This document shows, in pieces, positions 24,516 to 33,253 of a stretch of 46,395 nt of DNA. This DNA is from Spirochaetales bacterium. GTDB lineage: Bacteria > Spirochaetota > Spirochaetia > JABEVK01. Position 1 is the first letter of the stretch. The number at the start of each line of letters is the position of its first letter. Made by a program: the position numbers and the translations under genes. The stretch is from the NCBI GenBank assembly GCA_027451385.1, contig DAIDJJ010000002.1, forward strand, positions 1 to 46,395. Reading direction: 5' to 3'. The notes below the pieces were generated by a model, which saw only the letters and a program-made list of their open reading frames with translations, was not told where the DNA came from and did not search any database.

Positions 24516-24976
24516 GACCAAGCGGCCTTCAAACGCTTTGAAAACGCCTCTTTGAGGGCCTTCAGTTGAGTCTTTTCAGTAGCCGAGGGGATAGTAAGGT
24601 TCCCCTCCAGCTGACCTTGAACCAACGATAACCCGTTTGCGGTCATGACGCGGTAAACCAAGCTGACTAAGGTCAGGTCCTTGTCCCCAGCTTTCCAAAT
24701 TAAATGAAACCAAACGACCCGATCGGCTCCATAATTTTTTGCCAAGCCTTTCAAGCGGAGGGTATCACCTTGGGCATCCGTCGTTTCATCCTGCAGGTCA
24801 AAAGCCACCTGACCTTGATCAAAGAGCTGATCAAAAACGGTTTCTACCAAAGCACTCTCGACCTGAGGTTGGATATCGGTGGCCGGAAGCTCTTGGGAGT
24901 GACAAACCAGTACCGTTTCTGCCGAGACAGCACAGACGGACATGCCCCAGAATAGTAAAACTGCCAAAAATCGCAT
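24512..24976 (-). CDS. Secreted hypothetical protein
   Basis: GGAGGG sits 4 nt before ATG 24976. The signal peptide is MRFLAVLLFWGMSVCAVSA. No family recognised. Confidence 0.55.
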   Translation of the reverse strand: MRFLAVLLFWGMSVCAVSAETVLVCHSQELPATDIQPQVESALVETVFDQLFDQGQVAFDLQDETTDAQGDTLRLKGLAKNYGADRVVWFHLIWKAGDKDLTLVSLVYRVMTANGLSLVQGQLEGNLTIPSATEKTQLKALKEAFSKRLKAAWS

Positions 24977-25067
24977 AAATCCCTCCGCTTTCAGTTTCGG
25001 CACTAAGTCCAACTAAACTAAATTTTCCTTGATTGAAGAGCCTTTGGAATCATGGTAAACTGGGGGG

Positions 25068-25652
25068 GTGAACTTTTATGTAATCAGGGTCAAACCCCGT
25101 GGTGAAAAATCCTTTGCCCAACTTTGTCAAAAGCTGATTCCCGAGGAGCTGAAGGTTCACTTTCCTCGGCGGCGCTTAACAGAACGAAAACAAGGTGTGA
25201 CCAAAAAAGTCGAGTCTCCGCTTTTCCCCGGCTATGTTTTTCTGGAAATCCCTGAGACGATGACTCCAGAACTTTATCACCGGTTAAGGAAGGTTCCGGG
25301 ATACTTCCACATTTTGAAACCCAGCGGTGAGCTAAAAGAACTCAAAGGACACGATCTGGAACTTGTGAAACACTTCCTTCAGTTCGGTCAAGTGATGGAA
25401 GCCTCTAAGGTTGTTTTTGATGAAAACCAACGAATCCGAGTTCTCAGTGGACCGATGTCTGGTCTTGAAGGCAAGATTGTTTCCGTCGACCGGCGCAAGG
25501 GCCGTGCTAAGATCATCCTAGATTTTGACCGCAACCAGTTTACGATTAACCTCGCCTTTGAAGTGTTAGAGGCTGCCCCAACTGAACCAGGAGTTTCTCA
25601 ACCACCAGGACATTCTCAGCAAGAGGCTCCGCCCCAGGGAAATGCCTCATGA
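25068..25652 (+). CDS. Specialised NusG paralog (UpxY/RfaH/LoaP-like transcription antiterminator)
   Basis: NGN-like N-terminus (FYVIRVKPRGEKS...LFPGYVFLEI) and a KOW motif (IRVLSGPMSGLEGKIVSVDRRKGRAKI). It is the first gene of a polysaccharide-type operon. It has a GTG start. Confidence 0.75.
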   Translation: MNFYVIRVKPRGEKSFAQLCQKLIPEELKVHFPRRRLTERKQGVTKKVESPLFPGYVFLEIPETMTPELYHRLRKVPGYFHILKPSGELKELKGHDLELVKHFLQFGQVMEASKVVFDENQRIRVLSGPMSGLEGKIVSVDRRKGRAKIILDFDRNQFTINLAFEVLEAAPTEPGVSQPPGHSQQEAPPQGNAS

Positions 25653-27121
25653 GTTTGCGTCGGCTCGTCATCATCGGTGCCGGTTTTGCCGGAAGAGCTC
25701 TGGCCCGTGAAATCCGTGAGCGGTTTCCCGAGCGCAATCTGGAGGCCTTTTGGGACGACGACCCGGTAAAAATCGGGTCCATTCTCGAGGGTGTCCCTGT
25801 CTTAGGGCCTATCTCTGGTATGCGGGCCCGAGAGACCATACCCGACGAGGCCATTCTGGCCATTCCCAGTGCAACCAAGGGTCAGCTCAAACAAATCTAC
25901 AACATCGTGGTTCAAACAGGGATTCCCCACATCCGCATTTTGCCGGCGATTAGCCAAATCGTCGACGGAGAAGCTCATTTTGTTCTGACGCGCGATATTG
26001 ACCCTCAGGACCTCTTAGGCCGCAATCCGGTGCAGATATCTCTTCGTCAAAGCCTACGGTATCTGCGGGGCAAACGGGTCCTCATCACGGGTGCCGGAGG
26101 GAGTATCGGCAGTGAATTGGCCCGACAGCTTCTCTCAGGCGGGGCAGAACGGCTGTATCTTTTGGGACACGGCGAGAACGCCATCTACCAAATCGATAAA
26201 GAACTCCGCCTCCTTCAAGCCGGCGGAGTCGGAGAAAAAGCCACCATTGTTCCCATCGTGGCCGATTTAAAAGATGCCCAACACCTCCAGTTTCTTTTAT
26301 CCAGACTGAAGGCCGATGTGGTGTTTCATGCGGCGGCGCACAAGCACGTTCCCATGATGGAAGCTAACCCGGTCGAAGCTTGCGCGAACAATGTCTTGGG
26401 AACCAAGAATTTATTGGATGCCTGTCTGGAGCATCACGTTAAGAAATTTGTCCTCATTTCTACCGATAAAGCCGTGTTACCTCATTCCGTGTACGGCGTC
26501 ACCAAGAAGATTAGCGAAGATCTCGTTCGAGAGGCCGGGAATCGGGGCCAAGGGCAATATATGACCGTTCGCTTTGGGAATGTTCTTGGTTCCCGAGGAA
26601 GTATAGTCCCCCTCTTTCGAGAACAAATTCTCTCTGGCGGTCCTGTCACCATCACTGACCCCCAAGCCTCAAGATACTTTATGACGATTCCCGAGGCGGT
26701 TAGCTTAGTCCTCCAAACCGGAGGTATGGGTCAAGCGGGACAGCTGTACCTCTTAGACATGGGGGACCCCATCCTCATCGAGGACCTTGCCTCCCAAATC
26801 ATCCGCTTTTACGGCAAAGAGCCCGGCAAAGATATTGCCATTCAATACATTGGGTTACGTCCCGGAGAACGTATAGAAGAACGGCTTTTTGCTCCCGAAG
26901 AAGAACCAGTTCCCACGTCGTACGCCCGCATTAATCGCTTAGTGCGGGCCCCCGGTTCTGATTTATCCGAACACAGGCTCGAAGACCTGTTGGTCAAACT
27001 CAAGTCGATTTGTGTCTATTCCCCGGAAGCCTCAACCCTTTACCGCAACCGTCGGGCCTTGCGAGAGACCCTTCGTGAGTTTTACCCCACGTTGGAGGCC
27101 AAGAATGAACCCGAATTCTAA
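25649..27121 (+). CDS. CapD/PglF/WbpM-type nucleotide-sugar 4,6-dehydratase (soluble form, no N-terminal TM domain)
   Basis: Two Rossmann motifs (IIGAGFAGRAL and ITGAGGSIGSEL) and the catalytic blocks LISTDKAV and YGVTKK. Confidence 0.85.
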   Translation: MSLRRLVIIGAGFAGRALAREIRERFPERNLEAFWDDDPVKIGSILEGVPVLGPISGMRARETIPDEAILAIPSATKGQLKQIYNIVVQTGIPHIRILPAISQIVDGEAHFVLTRDIDPQDLLGRNPVQISLRQSLRYLRGKRVLITGAGGSIGSELARQLLSGGAERLYLLGHGENAIYQIDKELRLLQAGGVGEKATIVPIVADLKDAQHLQFLLSRLKADVVFHAAAHKHVPMMEANPVEACANNVLGTKNLLDACLEHHVKKFVLISTDKAVLPHSVYGVTKKISEDLVREAGNRGQGQYMTVRFGNVLGSRGSIVPLFREQILSGGPVTITDPQASRYFMTIPEAVSLVLQTGGMGQAGQLYLLDMGDPILIEDLASQIIRFYGKEPGKDIAIQYIGLRPGERIEERLFAPEEEPVPTSYARINRLVRAPGSDLSEHRLEDLLVKLKSICVYSPEASTLYRNRRALRETLREFYPTLEAKNEPEF

Positions 27122-28301
27122 GGTCACGAGCGTTCCTTTCTCGCGTCCGGTTTTGGGTTCCGAAGAAGAAGAAGCTGTTTTGGCGGTTCTCAGGTCGGGA
27201 TGGCTCACGACGGGAGCCCAGGCTCAGGCCTTTGAACAGGAGTTTGCCGCCTACGCGGGGACAAAGTTCGCCCTTGCCGTCAACAGTGCCACGGCCGGGT
27301 TGCACCTCTCGTTAGAAGCCCTCGGTGTCGGGCCCGGAGATCTTTGCGCCGTTCCGGATTACACCTTTACCGCGACAGCCGAGGTCGTTCGTTATCTGGG
27401 AGCCGACCCTGTTTTTTTAGACTGCCTGCCGCAGAGTCCCCAATTTGACCCCCAACGCCTTGAAGATGTTTTAAAAAAACAAAAAATCAAAGCCGTGTTG
27501 CCTGTCCATTTGACGGGTGAACCGTTTGATAGCGAGGCCTTAGCGTTTCTTCAAAACCGCTATGGCTTCTTTGTGGTAGAAGATGCGGCTCACATGATTC
27601 CTTCCCGGCGTCCCGACCACAAACTTTGGGGAGCCGGAAGCGATCTTGGTGTTTTTTCGTTTTATGCCAATAAAAATATGACGACAGGTGAAGGTGGCAT
27701 GATTGTCACCGATCAGGAAGCTTGGGTGCAACGTATCCGTCGCATGCGCCTACATGGGATTGACCGCGACGCCTTTGACCGGTACACCTCGCCCAAGGGA
27801 TCGTGGGCCTATCAAATCATTGCCCCCGGGTTTAAGTACAACATGACAGATATCGCCGCCGCAATTGGCCGAGTCCAGCTCACCAAAGCGGAAGGGTTTT
27901 GGAAGGCTCGCCAACGCTTGGTCCGCCGTTACCTCGAAGTCCTTGAACCTTGTCACCTGATCAAGTTGCCAGTTTGGCGGGATGATCATTCCTGGCATGT
28001 TTTTAGTCCCTTATTAGTTCCCTCGGTTGCAAGATGGCGAGATCGTTTTGTCCAAGAGTTAACTCAACGCGGGGTTGGCGTTTCGGTGCATTATACGCCC
28101 TTGCATCGTATGCCGTATTGGCGCGATACCTACGACCTTCGCCCCGAAGCTTTTCCGAACTCCGCTTTGCGAGGAGAGAGCACCTTTTCCCTCCCCCTTT
28201 ATGCTTCGATGACTGACTCCCAGCAAGATTTTGTTCTGGAAGCGGTTCTTGAGGTTCATCAGCTACTTAGTCAGGAGGCGGACTGTGGCCTCGCGACGTA
28301 A
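27105..28301 (+). CDS. DegT/DnrJ/EryC1/StrS-family sugar aminotransferase
   Basis: FSRPVLGSEEEEAVLAVLRSGWLTTG N-terminus, VEDAAH, and the PLP-lysine block FSFYANKNMTTGEGGMIV. GGAGG precedes ATG 27105. Confidence 0.88.
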   Translation: MNPNSKVTSVPFSRPVLGSEEEEAVLAVLRSGWLTTGAQAQAFEQEFAAYAGTKFALAVNSATAGLHLSLEALGVGPGDLCAVPDYTFTATAEVVRYLGADPVFLDCLPQSPQFDPQRLEDVLKKQKIKAVLPVHLTGEPFDSEALAFLQNRYGFFVVEDAAHMIPSRRPDHKLWGAGSDLGVFSFYANKNMTTGEGGMIVTDQEAWVQRIRRMRLHGIDRDAFDRYTSPKGSWAYQIIAPGFKYNMTDIAAAIGRVQLTKAEGFWKARQRLVRRYLEVLEPCHLIKLPVWRDDHSWHVFSPLLVPSVARWRDRFVQELTQRGVGVSVHYTPLHRMPYWRDTYDLRPEAFPNSALRGESTFSLPLYASMTDSQQDFVLEAVLEVHQLLSQEADCGLAT

Positions 28302-30411
28302 GAATGCTGTAGATCAGGTGCAGGACCCCCTCTTTCATCCCGATCCTCGGCTGTTTGAAGCACCTTCGGAACTGTTATTCGGGTTGACCTTACGTTCTCC
28401 GGTGGCGCACGGAAAGCTTTTGGCCATGATTTATCCGCCCTTGCCGGAGGGGTTTACCCTCTTACGGGCCGAAGACCTTCCTGGTAGTGATGTGTTGCAT
28501 GTGCTAAAAAGCCGGCTTCCCTTATTGAATGGCGAAATGGTCCGCTATATCGGCGAGCCGATAGCCTTGGTAGCCGGCCCCCAGGAAGCGCAAGTCAGAG
28601 CTTGGGCCAAAAAAGTACGATTTACTTTTCAAAAACTTCCGTTGGAGCAGTTCAGCCAAGGCGTGCGTCTTAAATCCAGGTCATTGGCGGGGGGACACTA
28701 CATTCCTGACGATCAACCTGTCAAACTGATTGAAGGCGTTTACTCCACTGGGGCCCAAGATGCAGGAGTTTTTGATGCCTGTGAAGCTTTAGCCGTGGTT
28801 CAAAACGAAGAGGCCTGGTTAAGCGTAAAAAGCCAATGGCCAGGCAACGTCGTTCATAGTGTGGCACGGGCTTTAGGTCTTGAAGCCAGCAAAGTTCGCG
28901 TCAAAGCTCAACCCTCGTCCGCGCACCTCAACAGTCAAGTGTGGTTTCCGACTATCCTTGCGGTACACGCGGCCCTTTTATCACAAGCCAGTGGCCACCC
29001 TGTTCGGATGACGCTGAGTAAGGACGAAGAGTTTTTTTATTCGCCCAAACGGCCGGAATCGCGTATCCTTATACGCTCAACGGTAGACATACAAGGACGT
29101 ATCTTGGATTTCTCTGCTGAGGCCGTCCTCAACATGGGGGCCTACGGTGTGCTCGAAGAAGAACTTCTTGACCGGTGTATTTTAGGACTTTTAACCCCTT
29201 ACCGGTTTGGGGCGTTTCAGGTCAATGCGCACGCGGAACTCAGCCACACCCCTCCTCGAGGCCCTGTGGGAGGCATGGGGGAAAATCTGGGCATTTTTGC
29301 CCTCGAAAGTCACATCCAAGACCTTTGTGAAGCCCTGGAACTTGACCCTATGGTGTGGAGGCAGGCCAATGCCCTCTCGCGAGATCAAATTGCCTTTACA
29401 GGAGAACCGTGGAAAGCCGATGCACCTTTGACGTCGCTGATCTCGGAATTGGGTAAAGCCGCAGACTTTCCTCGTAAATATGCTAGCTTTCTTCAGTTAA
29501 ATTCCCGCACGAAAGAATGGCGGGACGAAGCTCTGCCTTTGCGGGGCATAGGCTTAGCGGCAGGCTTTCAAGGCAATGGTTTTTTAGCGGGCGGAACCTC
29601 GACGGTCAATTTAGAAATTCGTCTCGAAGCTGACTCTAGCCTTAGTGTCTATTCGCCGTTAGTGACGGCCAATGATCACTTGCTGGCTCTTTGGAAACAC
29701 GCGCTGGGCGACCCCCTCGGGATAGCTCCCGAGCTCGTTCGCTTTTGCCCTGTGATAACGGGCGAACACCCCACGGGAGGTCCTTCCTTAGCGTCTCGGG
29801 CCTTCGAGATCATGCCCAAACTTCTTGCCAAAGCAGGCCACACCTTAGCTCAACGTCGTGTCCACCAGCCGCTTCCCCTAAATCTACATACCTTATTTCG
29901 GCGCAAAGCTAACCCTGCCTGGGATCCTGAAAACTTTACAGGCCAACCGTTCTTATCGTTGTCGTGGGTAGGAGCTGTCGCCGAAGTCGAGGTTCTGCCC
30001 TTGCTTTCAGAAATCCGGATCAAAAAAATTACTCTTATGGCGGATGCAGGTCCCCTTCTGGACGAGACAGCCGCCCGAGATGCCCTCACCGAAGGCATCC
30101 TGTCTGCCGTAGGTTGGGTTTTTTCAGAAAATATCTTTTGGGAAAAACTCAGCATCCCCCGTTCGATTTTTCAGAAATACCGCTTACCTAGCGTTCGTGA
30201 AGTTCCCCGGTTAGAAATACTTTTCTATCAAAACCCCAAAGGAAGTCCCCCCCGAGGTTTGGGTTCCTTAGGGAGCAGTGCCGTCGCTCCAGCCCTCTTG
30301 TCGGCTATCCGTCAAGCGTTAGCTCCTAGCTGGCGTCATTTGCCCGTAACGCGTAAAATGTTAGATGAAGCTTTGAGGAAACATGAAGCAGAACTTGATC
30401 CTGAACGGTGA
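28285..30411 (+). CDS. Xanthine dehydrogenase / CO dehydrogenase-family large subunit homolog with divergent cofactor motifs
   Basis: Hammerhead-domain pattern (LRSPVAHGKLL...VRYIGEPIALVAGP), PPRGPVGGMGENLGIFALESHIQDL and C-terminal ...APALLSAIRQAL blocks. GTG 28285 sits 6 nt after AGGAGG (28273-28278). The ATG at 28231 is the alternative start. Confidence 0.7.
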   Translation: MASRRKNAVDQVQDPLFHPDPRLFEAPSELLFGLTLRSPVAHGKLLAMIYPPLPEGFTLLRAEDLPGSDVLHVLKSRLPLLNGEMVRYIGEPIALVAGPQEAQVRAWAKKVRFTFQKLPLEQFSQGVRLKSRSLAGGHYIPDDQPVKLIEGVYSTGAQDAGVFDACEALAVVQNEEAWLSVKSQWPGNVVHSVARALGLEASKVRVKAQPSSAHLNSQVWFPTILAVHAALLSQASGHPVRMTLSKDEEFFYSPKRPESRILIRSTVDIQGRILDFSAEAVLNMGAYGVLEEELLDRCILGLLTPYRFGAFQVNAHAELSHTPPRGPVGGMGENLGIFALESHIQDLCEALELDPMVWRQANALSRDQIAFTGEPWKADAPLTSLISELGKAADFPRKYASFLQLNSRTKEWRDEALPLRGIGLAAGFQGNGFLAGGTSTVNLEIRLEADSSLSVYSPLVTANDHLLALWKHALGDPLGIAPELVRFCPVITGEHPTGGPSLASRAFEIMPKLLAKAGHTLAQRRVHQPLPLNLHTLFRRKANPAWDPENFTGQPFLSLSWVGAVAEVEVLPLLSEIRIKKITLMADAGPLLDETAARDALTEGILSAVGWVFSENIFWEKLSIPRSIFQKYRLPSVREVPRLEILFYQNPKGSPPRGLGSLGSSAVAPALLSAIRQALAPSWRHLPVTRKMLDEALRKHEAELDPER

Positions 30412-30865
30412 AGATGTCACCCTAAATGGGGAAGAAGAAGATTCTCTGTTTGCCGTTCTCAAAGCAGAAACCCCGCTTTTTTCGGGCATCATCTGCTGTC
30501 AGAAAGGCTTTTGCGGTCGTTGTCACGTTTTGCTGGATGGACGTGAAGTCCCTTCATGCCTTGTCCCCTTTTACCAGGCCCGTCAGCGTGAAGTCGTCAC
30601 GCCTGAGGGCTTTGCCGCCACAGAAGACCACCGGCTTTTTCGTCAACTTTTGGCTGAAGAAGGCTTGGTGTACTGCCGGCAATGCACCGAAGCCCAAATC
30701 TTTCACTTAAGTGCCTTTCTGGAACAATTTCCTGCACCCGAGGATGAGGAGTTGCGTACGGCTATATCCGAGATTCCCTGCCGGTGTGGCAGTCGCCCCG
30801 TGTTGGAGCGCGCCGTACGCCGCTTGGTAGGTTTAAAGGAGTCCGACCGTGCCGGACGAAGATAA
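30383..30865 (+). CDS. [2Fe-2S]-binding small subunit of the XDH/CODH-like complex
   Basis: All eight Cys are present: CQKGFCGRC...SC (C-x4-C-x2-C...C) and CRQC-x31-CRC. Confidence 0.75.
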   Translation: MKQNLILNGEDVTLNGEEEDSLFAVLKAETPLFSGIICCQKGFCGRCHVLLDGREVPSCLVPFYQARQREVVTPEGFAATEDHRLFRQLLAEEGLVYCRQCTEAQIFHLSAFLEQFPAPEDEELRTAISEIPCRCGSRPVLERAVRRLVGLKESDRAGRR

Positions 30866-31709
30866 CCTCCCGCCCTTAATCCATACCCCCAAAACGCTAC
30901 AAGAAGCTTTAACTCTTCTGAATGCTTATCCTAAAGCTCAACTGTGGGCTGGGGGAACTGCAAACCCCGAGCAAGACTTTAGTTCGCCCCTTCGCTTGCC
31001 TACCACGTTGGTGTCCTTGCATCTCGTCGAGGAGTTGAAACGAGTCCAATACGGGGACCGTTTTGTAGATTTAGGGTCGGGGATGACCTTGAATCAAGTG
31101 CTTCATGTGTTAAAAGCATTTCTTAACCCCGCCTTTCGGCAAGCGATTTTAGCCACGGGCTACACGGCTTTACGAAACCTGGCAACTCTAGGGGGCAACC
31201 TTTGTCAAAAAGGATTTTATGGGGATCTTTTTCCTGTGCTTCACCTGATCGGTGCCCAATTTGAGTTTCGGGGACTTCGGTCTTCCCGTTGGCTCACGTC
31301 AAATCAGGTGTCTGACGAAGGTCGACTTAGGCCGCTCGCCGGTGAAATCTTGACGCGTGTCCGTGTTCCGCAAGAAGAGTGGCCCCACTTCTTTTATCAA
31401 AAGATCGGAAATTTTCGCACACCATGGGATGAGCGACTCTCGATGACGGCGTTGGCTCGCACCAAGCATGGCCTCGTCGAAGCTTTGCGTCTGATTTATT
31501 ACTTACCTCACACCGGACTATTGCGCCACCGAGGGCTTGAGGCCGAATTGGTGGGGCAACGGGTTCCTTTTGCCCCCAGGCTTCGGCAGGCGGCGTTGAG
31601 TAGCATCAAGGAAGCCATGGAGGGCTTATCTTTGCCCCCGAGTTTGTTTCAAAAAGACCGTGTTCTTCATATGACCCGCTGGGTTTTGTCGCAAATCCAA
31701 GATGATTAA
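30849..31709 (+). CDS. FAD-binding medium subunit of the XDH/CODH-like complex
   Basis: FAD_binding_5 pattern: TPKTLQEALTLL...LWAGGTA and RNLATLGGNLC. AAGGAG sits 7 nt before GTG 30849. Confidence 0.7.
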   Translation: MPDEDNLPPLIHTPKTLQEALTLLNAYPKAQLWAGGTANPEQDFSSPLRLPTTLVSLHLVEELKRVQYGDRFVDLGSGMTLNQVLHVLKAFLNPAFRQAILATGYTALRNLATLGGNLCQKGFYGDLFPVLHLIGAQFEFRGLRSSRWLTSNQVSDEGRLRPLAGEILTRVRVPQEEWPHFFYQKIGNFRTPWDERLSMTALARTKHGLVEALRLIYYLPHTGLLRHRGLEAELVGQRVPFAPRLRQAALSSIKEAMEGLSLPPSLFQKDRVLHMTRWVLSQIQDD

Positions 31710-31717
31710 CCCTCAAC

Positions 31718-32665
31718 TCAGGATCTGCGAGTTCGGTCCTGTCCCATTCGGTCCTGTCCCAGGCGGTTCCGCGCTTCTGTAATAGCCTGCTTCCAAAGCC
31801 GAGAGACCAGAACATTCAGCTTTTCCTGCCGTAGCACCAAAAAGGATAAGGACCGGTGATAGATTCGAAGTGCGGCCAAAACATCTGGTTTAAGGGAATT
31901 TCTAGATGGCCCAAACCCAAAGTTTTCAATGGGACGTAAAAACTTCCAATGACCAGCATTATGCACGATGGGAATCACTTGGCCAGTTTCTTCTTCGAGA
32001 AAAACCCCATTTTCGAGCCTAAAGGCTCGTTCTGAGGACGCTAAGACAAAATTGTACTCAGATGGTAAGGGGTCATACCCTTGTTCATGCGCGTACAAAT
32101 TGACCACAACTTGGTCGGGGCCAAATTTGGCTTTATTCAGAATAAGCTTGTCCATCCAAGCCGCAAGGTCGTGAAAAACCTCGGGGGGACCAGCCAACAC
32201 CCCGGCATTCAGAAGAGGTTTTAGTGCCGTACTTTCGCGTATTCGGCGAAGTGAGGCCCTTGAAAAAAACTCATCCGATAAGAAAAACTCCGACCCGGAT
32301 TTCGCGTCTTCTGCGGCAACCCTCAGTTTGTTCCCTGACTTGAGAAGTTCAGAGAACTCTGACTGAAAAATGATATCACCAGAATCACAAAGAACCACGA
32401 CCTGAGCTTTTTGCTGGTGTAAATCAGCCGACAAATCGCGAAAACGGGCCTGTGTGACATGGATATCTTTTCGGCAAGGAAGCACACTTAGTCCTTTATG
32501 TTCTAAGTAATACCGTTGAGCCAAGGACAGTCCATAATCTAAGACACGTATTTTTAAACCTTCAGGAAGGTGAGCCCACAATGACGGCAACCAATGTTCA
32601 ATAAGAAAATCCCCATACTTGCGGTCTGAAGCTGTGTAAAGCAGACTTTGAATAGGTTCTGGCAC
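31718..32665 (-). CDS. GT8-like (GT-A fold) nucleotide-sugar transferase
   Basis: VVLCDSGDIIF (DxD-like), NAGVLAG and FGPDQVVVN blocks. I prefer GTG 32665, which has GGAG 6 nt upstream and lies just after the NUDIX stop. The track start at 32713 would overlap the NUDIX gene by 46 nt. Confidence 0.6.
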   Translation of the reverse strand: MPEPIQSLLYTASDRKYGDFLIEHWLPSLWAHLPEGLKIRVLDYGLSLAQRYYLEHKGLSVLPCRKDIHVTQARFRDLSADLHQQKAQVVVLCDSGDIIFQSEFSELLKSGNKLRVAAEDAKSGSEFFLSDEFFSRASLRRIRESTALKPLLNAGVLAGPPEVFHDLAAWMDKLILNKAKFGPDQVVVNLYAHEQGYDPLPSEYNFVLASSERAFRLENGVFLEEETGQVIPIVHNAGHWKFLRPIENFGFGPSRNSLKPDVLAALRIYHRSLSFLVLRQEKLNVLVSRLWKQAITEARNRLGQDRMGQDRTRRS

Positions 32666-32667
32666 GA

Positions 32668-33246
32668 TCAGCTCCAAACTTCTTGGGGATAACCATATTT
32701 CTGACGTTCCCACCAGAGTAAGGCTAAACTCATAATTCCATGGCTTTCACTCTCGCTTAAACGTCGTCTGACATCTTGAATGGGTAAAAGTCCGACACTG
32801 AGGTACTCGTGTTGATCAAGTTCGAGTGTAGTTTTCACGCGCTGAGCACCCCGAGCAAGAAATGTCCACACTCGGTTGGTCAGAAAGGCTGGGTTAGAAT
32901 TACAAGAGCCTAAAAGTCGCCACTCGTGGGCCTCAAAGCCAGTTTCTTCGCGAAGTTCACGCTGAGCCGCCTGTTCTGGGGTTTCACCATCGTCGACCAT
33001 ACCACCGGGAAATTCCCAGTAAAGCTGTCCATCTCCATGGCGAAACTGGCGCACCATCAAAAAGCAAGCCTGCTTTTGGTCGTCGACCTCGGCAATGACA
33101 TTGACCCAATCGGGGGCTTTGGCCACGACAAAGGAGGCTTGGTGGCCTTCTGGTGAAATACTTACCCGTTGAACTAAATCAAAAATGGGGGTTTTGAGGA
33201 GGGTTTCTTCTCTTTCGACCCGAAAACGAAGGCTGTCATCCTGCAT
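32668..33246 (-). CDS. NUDIX hydrolase (ADP-ribose/nucleotide-sugar pyrophosphatase-like)
   Basis: NUDIX box GGMVDDGETPEQAAQRELREETGF. The ATG at 33246 lies just downstream of the upstream gene's stop (33254-33256). Confidence 0.85.
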   Translation of the reverse strand: MQDDSLRFRVEREETLLKTPIFDLVQRVSISPEGHQASFVVAKAPDWVNVIAEVDDQKQACFLMVRQFRHGDGQLYWEFPGGMVDDGETPEQAAQRELREETGFEAHEWRLLGSCNSNPAFLTNRVWTFLARGAQRVKTTLELDQHEYLSVGLLPIQDVRRRLSESESHGIMSLALLWWERQKYGYPQEVWS

Positions 33247-33253
33247 TTTATAC

